Positions 59,306 through 64,000 of a DNA stretch of 64,000 nucleotides are shown in pieces (positions within the stretch are counted from its first letter, which is position 1; every line of letters begins with the position of its first letter). The notes beneath the pieces were generated by a model, which saw only the letters and a program-made list of their open reading frames with translations, searched no databases and had not been told where the DNA came from. Source of the DNA: an uncultured Desulfospira sp. (GTDB lineage: Bacteria; Desulfobacterota; Desulfobacteria; Desulfobacterales; Desulfobacteraceae); NCBI GenBank assembly GCA_963663165.1, contig OY760175.1, positions 5,696,001 to 5,760,000 on the forward strand, written 5' to 3'. Position numbers and translations under genes: made by a program.

Positions 59306-59514
59306 ATAGGCTGAAGGTGGATAGGCTGAAGGCTGAAGGTGGGCAGGTGAGAAAGTGAGAAAGTGAGAAAGTGAGCAGGTGGGAAAGTGAGAATGCCAGA
59401 TTGTTGGTCGGGACTGAAGGTTGGAGATAAATCAGATGAAGGATGTGAGCCTCCGGGGCTGGCACACTTCAGTCTAAACCCCTTCAGCCTAAAAACCTAA
59501 ACCGGGAGGTTGGT

Positions 59515-62500
59515 ATGAAAGACAGTGTTGGTCGGGTGCTGGTGGCCGGGGCCGGGGTGAGCGGGATTCGCTCGGCCCTGGATCTGGCCCGGATGGGTGT
59601 TCAGGTCCTGCTCATTGACAGGGCTGATCACACGGGGGGGCTGCTCAGCCAGCTGGATACCCAGTTCCCGTCCCAGGGGTGCGGGTTCTGCCGGGGGCTG
59701 CCCATGGTGGACCGGGACCGGTCTTCCCAAAGCTGTCTGAGAAAGGGGTTTGCCCATGATAACATAGAAATCCTTTTGTCCACCCAGATCATGTCCATTG
59801 AAGGCGAGGCCGGGAATTTTACCGTGACCCTGAAGCAGGGGCCGGCCATGATTGACCCGGAGCGGTGTATTGGGTGCGGTCAGTGCGAACCGGTCTGTCC
59901 CGTGGAAACAAAGGATTTCTTCAATGCCGGGATGACCCGGAAAAAAGCCGTGTACCTGCCCGTTCCCCAGTCCTTTTCCAATGCCTGGACCATTGATTCC
60001 ACGGCCTGTACCCGGTGCGGGGAGTGTGTGAAGGTCTGCCCGGTGGACGCCATCCGCCTCACGGGGCAGGACCGGGAAAGATTTAAGGTGCTGGTGGTTG
60101 ATGATGAGGCCATTGTCCGGGAGTCCACCCGGGAGTGGCTCAAGGAAGAGGGGTTTTTCACGGCCGCGGCGGATTCCGGGCAAAAGGCCCTGGAACTGCT
60201 GGCGGAAGGGGCGGAAAAGGAACAGCCCTTCAGCATGATGCTCACGGATATCAAGATGCCGGGCATGGACGGGGTGGAGTTGCTCACCCGGGCCAAAGAG
60301 ATCAGCCCGGATCTTACCGTGATCATGATGACCGCTTATGCAGCCGTGGATTCAGCTGTGGACGCCATGAAACTCGGGGCTATGGATTACCTGACCAAGC
60401 CCTTTGACCCGGATGTGCTGGTGGCCATGACCCTTGAGGTGTTCCAGGAATATGAAATGGCCAAGGCCCGTTCGGAAACCGTGGACGCCGTTATTCTTTC
60501 CGCCGGAGCCCGGCTGTTTGAACCGGAACGGACAAAGAATGCCTACGGATATGGGAGCCTTCCCGGTGTGGTCACCAGCCTGGAACTTGAACGGATGCTC
60601 AGCCCGGCCGGTCCGGCCGGCATGGATTTCCTTCACCCGGCCCGGGAAAGGCCGTTGGAGAAAATCGCCTGGTTCCAGTGCGTGGGGTCCCGGGATGTCC
60701 AGGATCAGGCCCCGTTCTGTTCTTCGGCCTGCTGCATGATTTCCATTAAACAGGCTGTCCTGGTCCAGAAACAGGCCAGGAAATCCGGCCGAAAGGTGGA
60801 GACCGTGATTTTTTACATGGACATGCGGACCATGGGCAAACCCTTTGAGCAATACCGGCAGCAGGCCCGGGACGAGTATGGGGTGAGGTTTGTCCGGGCC
60901 AGGATCCATTCCCTTGGAGAGACGGCAGATTCTGAACACCGGCGTCTGATGGCCCGGTATACCGATGATGGGGGCGCTCTTCATGAGGAGGGGTTTGACC
61001 TGGTGGCCCTGGCCGTGGGCACCCGGCCCGGCCGGCAGATGGAGGAGATTTCCAGGGCCAACCAGATTCAGATGAACGCTTTTGGCTTTGTTGAGCCCCA
61101 GGCCTTTTCCCTGGTTCAAACTTCCCGGGAGGGCATTTTTGCCGCCGGCACGGTCACCGGGTTTAATGATATTTCCGACAGCGTTGTGTCGGCATCGGCA
61201 GCGGCCATGGCAGCGGCCAAGGCGTTATCGGCCAACGGCACCCCCCTTTGGAAGCCGCTGGACGACCATGGCCCGGCCCTTCTGGCATCCCTTTCAAGAC
61301 AGATTCCCCAGATCGGAATCATTCTAAGTTTCAATGAAAAAATGGATGAGCCCGGATTCAAGGCCCTTAAGGCAGACCTTGAACGAGATCCGGATGTGGT
61401 CCGGGTGGAGGCCCGGGAAGAATTTGACCTGGACCGGCTGGCTGAGTTTGTCGATAAATTTAAATGCAACCGGCTGATCATAGGGCTTTGCCGGCCCCGG
61501 GAAGGCAGCGGGCTGATGAAATCCCTTCAAAAGGCAACCCGTCTGCCGGACCGGTTTATCGAGGTACTGGACATCAGCCGCCTGGATAATGCCAGGCCCC
61601 ATACCCGTTTGTCCCGGGCACTTAAGGTCAGGGTTTCCCGGCTTAAGTTTTTCAATCCAATGCCCGTTGAAAGCCTGGCAGGCCAGGTGCCTGAACCGTC
61701 CGCCCTGGTCATCGGGGGCGGGATCGCCGGCATGACGGCCAGCCGCTGCATGGCCGATGCCGGGTTCAAGGTGGACCTGGTGGAAAAAGGCGATGCCCTG
61801 GGCGGCAACCTGCGCTGGATGGCGCAGACCCCTCTGGGCCATGATATCCAGGCCTTTCTTGAGGACCAGGTTAAAAAAGTCGAATCCCACGAAAACATTA
61901 TGGTTTATAAAAACAGCGCCGTGGAAGGGGCTGTGGCCGTTCCGGGCGGGTTCACCAGTTTCCTTTCCCGGAAAACCAGCGAACCGGATGCTCCGGACAA
62001 CTTTTCCGTGACCCATGCCGTCACCCTTCTGGCCACGGGCGGTTCCCAGGCACCGCTGCCGGAAAGCGATTTCACTGACGGCACTCCAAATGCCGTCACC
62101 TTTACCCAGGAAGAATTTCAAAAGGCATTAACGGATGGCCAAGTGGCGCCTGAAAAGCTTGACACCGTGGTCATGGTCCAGTGCTCCGGGACCAGGACCC
62201 CGGCCACCCGGAACTACTGCTCGCGCATCTGCTGTGTCCGGGCCTTGAAAACAGCCCTGGATTTAAAAGAAAAAAATCCGGATATGATGATTTTTATCCT
62301 GTACCGGGACATGATGAGCTTCGGTTTTATGGAAGATCTGTACACCCGGGCCAGAGAAAAGGGGGTGCTTTTTATCCAGTACGAACCGGACCAGCCCCCC
62401 CGGGTTGACATTTCACCTGAAGGGGTGACGGTCACGGCAAGGGACCATGTCCTCAACCGTCCCGTTCAGATCCAGAGCGATGCTGTGATCCATGCCACGG

Positions 62501-62973
62501 GCATTGAGCCGGATCTTCCCAGGGGCCTTGCCGAACTCTACGGCGCCGGCCTGGACGAATTTAACTTCTTCAAGGAGGCGGATTACAAATTCAGGCCTGT
62601 GGACAGTATGAACTACCGGGTCTTTTCCTGCGGCCTCTGTCTGAAACCCAGCACCATTGACGAAAGCATTACCCAGGCCCAGGCCGCAGCGGCCCGGGCT
62701 CTCCAGATCCTGGGCCCGGAACGGTTAAGATCCGGCCGGGTGGTGGCCCACACCCGGACGGCCACCTGCACGGTCTGTGAAATGTGCGTCAATGCCTGTC
62801 CCTACGCGGCCCGATCCGTGGACCCCATTGAAGACAAAATCGTCATTGATCCCCTGGCCTGCCAGGGATGCGGGGTCTGCGCCGCGGTCTGTCCCAGTGA
62901 TTCGGCCATCCTGGAAGGCTTTACCGCCCAGCACATGTTCGACACCATAGACCAGATGATAATGGACCATTAA
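59515..62973 (+). CDS. hdrA: tandem HdrA-like flavoprotein with internal response-regulator receiver domain
   Basis: Two HdrA modules (GAGVSG..QCVGSRD..CSSACCMISIK; GGGIAG..QCSGTR..CSRICCVRALK), ferredoxin motifs, REC at ~60082-60450. Confidence 0.9.
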   Translation: MKDSVGRVLVAGAGVSGIRSALDLARMGVQVLLIDRADHTGGLLSQLDTQFPSQGCGFCRGLPMVDRDRSSQSCLRKGFAHDNIEILLSTQIMSIEGEAGNFTVTLKQGPAMIDPERCIGCGQCEPVCPVETKDFFNAGMTRKKAVYLPVPQSFSNAWTIDSTACTRCGECVKVCPVDAIRLTGQDRERFKVLVVDDEAIVRESTREWLKEEGFFTAAADSGQKALELLAEGAEKEQPFSMMLTDIKMPGMDGVELLTRAKEISPDLTVIMMTAYAAVDSAVDAMKLGAMDYLTKPFDPDVLVAMTLEVFQEYEMAKARSETVDAVILSAGARLFEPERTKNAYGYGSLPGVVTSLELERMLSPAGPAGMDFLHPARERPLEKIAWFQCVGSRDVQDQAPFCSSACCMISIKQAVLVQKQARKSGRKVETVIFYMDMRTMGKPFEQYRQQARDEYGVRFVRARIHSLGETADSEHRRLMARYTDDGGALHEEGFDLVALAVGTRPGRQMEEISRANQIQMNAFGFVEPQAFSLVQTSREGIFAAGTVTGFNDISDSVVSASAAAMAAAKALSANGTPLWKPLDDHGPALLASLSRQIPQIGIILSFNEKMDEPGFKALKADLERDPDVVRVEAREEFDLDRLAEFVDKFKCNRLIIGLCRPREGSGLMKSLQKATRLPDRFIEVLDISRLDNARPHTRLSRALKVRVSRLKFFNPMPVESLAGQVPEPSALVIGGGIAGMTASRCMADAGFKVDLVEKGDALGGNLRWMAQTPLGHDIQAFLEDQVKKVESHENIMVYKNSAVEGAVAVPGGFTSFLSRKTSEPDAPDNFSVTHAVTLLATGGSQAPLPESDFTDGTPNAVTFTQEEFQKALTDGQVAPEKLDTVVMVQCSGTRTPATRNYCSRICCVRALKTALDLKEKNPDMMIFILYRDMMSFGFMEDLYTRAREKGVLFIQYEPDQPPRVDISPEGVTVTARDHVLNRPVQIQSDAVIHATGIEPDLPRGLAELYGAGLDEFNFFKEADYKFRPVDSMNYRVFSCGLCLKPSTIDESITQAQAAAARALQILGPERLRSGRVVAHTRTATCTVCEMCVNACPYAARSVDPIEDKIVIDPLACQGCGVCAAVCPSDSAILEGFTAQHMFDTIDQMIMDH

Positions 62974-63060
62974 GGAGGTCTCCATGAAAACAATTTTAAA
63001 CGCCGGCACTGCCATTTTCATCCTTTATCCTTCATCCTTCATCCTTTTTGACCGGGGGGT

Positions 63061-63606
63061 GTGATGACCCAGACAACCAAAGCACCGCCAAAGGAGGTCA
63101 TAAAGGTAAAGGAAATGCTCAAGACCTGCATCCAGTGCGGCACCTGCACCGGGTCCTGCCCCAATGCGCCATTCATGGACTTGACCCCCCGGAAAATGTG
63201 GCGCATGGTCCTGATGGACCGCCTGGACCAGTTGTTTTCAAGCAAGACCTTTATTTTGTGTTCGTCCTGTTACTACTGTACCCTGCGCTGCCCCCGGGGC
63301 CTTGAGCTGACAACGGCCATGGGGTTGTTAAAGCAGGCGTCCTCCAGAATGGATATAAAGGGGGCAAACCGGACAAGGCAATTTTACAAGGCCTTCATGG
63401 ACAGTGTGGAAAAGCACGGCAGGGTCAGGGAAACCGAGTTTATGACCCATTATTTCATGGCCATGAAAAATCCGTTGCTGCCCCTGGAATTTACACCGTT
63501 AGGGCTCAAGCTCATGGCCAAGGGGAAAATGCATTTTCAATCCCCCTTTGCCACGGGAAACAAGCTGTCCAAACTGTTTCAAAAAATCCGGGAACTGGAG
63601 GGCTGA
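63061..63606 (+). CDS. hdrC: heterodisulfide reductase subunit C-like
   Basis: CIQCGTCTGSCP and CSSCYYCTLRCPRG motifs. Confidence 0.88.
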   Translation: MMTQTTKAPPKEVIKVKEMLKTCIQCGTCTGSCPNAPFMDLTPRKMWRMVLMDRLDQLFSSKTFILCSSCYYCTLRCPRGLELTTAMGLLKQASSRMDIKGANRTRQFYKAFMDSVEKHGRVRETEFMTHYFMAMKNPLLPLEFTPLGLKLMAKGKMHFQSPFATGNKLSKLFQKIRELEG

Positions 63607-63607
63607 T

Positions 63608-64000
63608 ATGGATTACCTTTACTATCCGGGCTGTTCCCTTGAGGGTACGTCGGTTGAATACGATACGGCCACCCGGGTTTTCATGGACTGGGCCGGGGCA
63701 AATCTGACGGAGATAGAGGACTGGACCTGCTGCGGGGCCAGTGCCGCAGAATCAAGGTCTTACCTGCTGTCCCATGTCCTGCCGGCCAGAAACCTGGCCC
63801 TTGCGGAGACCCAGGATGAAACAAACCAGATCCTGGTGCCCTGCAGTGCCTGTTATCTGAACTTGAAAAAAACCGAGCAGGCCGTTAAAAAGGATAAGGC
63901 GTTTTTAGATCAAATTAATCAGGTCCTGGCAGAGGATGGCCTAACCTATCATGGAAGGGTTAAGGTCCGGCACCTGCTGGACGTGCTGTCCCGGGACGTG
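63608..64000 (+). CDS. hdrB: heterodisulfide reductase subunit B-like (runs off the window)
   Basis: Own translation: MDYLYYPGCSLEG..DWTCCGAS..ARNLALAE..PCSACYLNL (CCG domain). Confidence 0.9.
   Translation, partial: MDYLYYPGCSLEGTSVEYDTATRVFMDWAGANLTEIEDWTCCGASAAESRSYLLSHVLPARNLALAETQDETNQILVPCSACYLNLKKTEQAVKKDKAFLDQINQVLAEDGLTYHGRVKVRHLLDVLSRDV

Noticed and set aside
54122..62973. Selenocysteine recoding in hdrA/mvhD
   Set aside because: The ORFs are uninterrupted and the usual positions encode Cys.

Overview
64 kb of bacterial chromosome, inferred from gene content to be a sulfate-reducing Desulfobacteraceae-like organism. No rRNA, tRNA, CRISPR array or intact transposase was recognised. 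From left to right the window holds: (1) a probable CoA-dependent catabolic locus (DUF169-CoaE fusion, DUF2889-like/PHP genes, twin PAS-LuxR regulators, a divergent 4-hydroxybutyryl-CoA dehydratase-family enzyme, a thioesterase); (2) a scrambled FHA/PP2C remnant bracketed by repeats; (3) an S8 protease, K+ channel, tmk, cooT, nfnAB and GTP-PEPCK; (4) a D-amino-acid cluster (alr, CapA-family gene, Glu/Asp racemase, Ddl-like ligase); (5) FapA-like, rhomboid, MocR, ZraPSR-like, tyrA, YnjBCD-like ABC and flagellin genes; (6) a sigma54-driven operon: hybrid kinase - hdrL-type hdrA - mvhD - fdhB-like - hdrA(REC) - hdrC - hdrB. There are two leading candidates for undescribed biology. The first is an HdrA with an intact phospho-receiver domain inserted inside it, encoded in the same operon as a histidine kinase, suggesting possible phosphorylation control of an electron-bifurcating complex. 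The second is a family of ~90-bp tandem double-hairpin repeats at three loci, with compensatory stem changes and variable loops. All assignments come from reading motifs by eye; no database searches were run.
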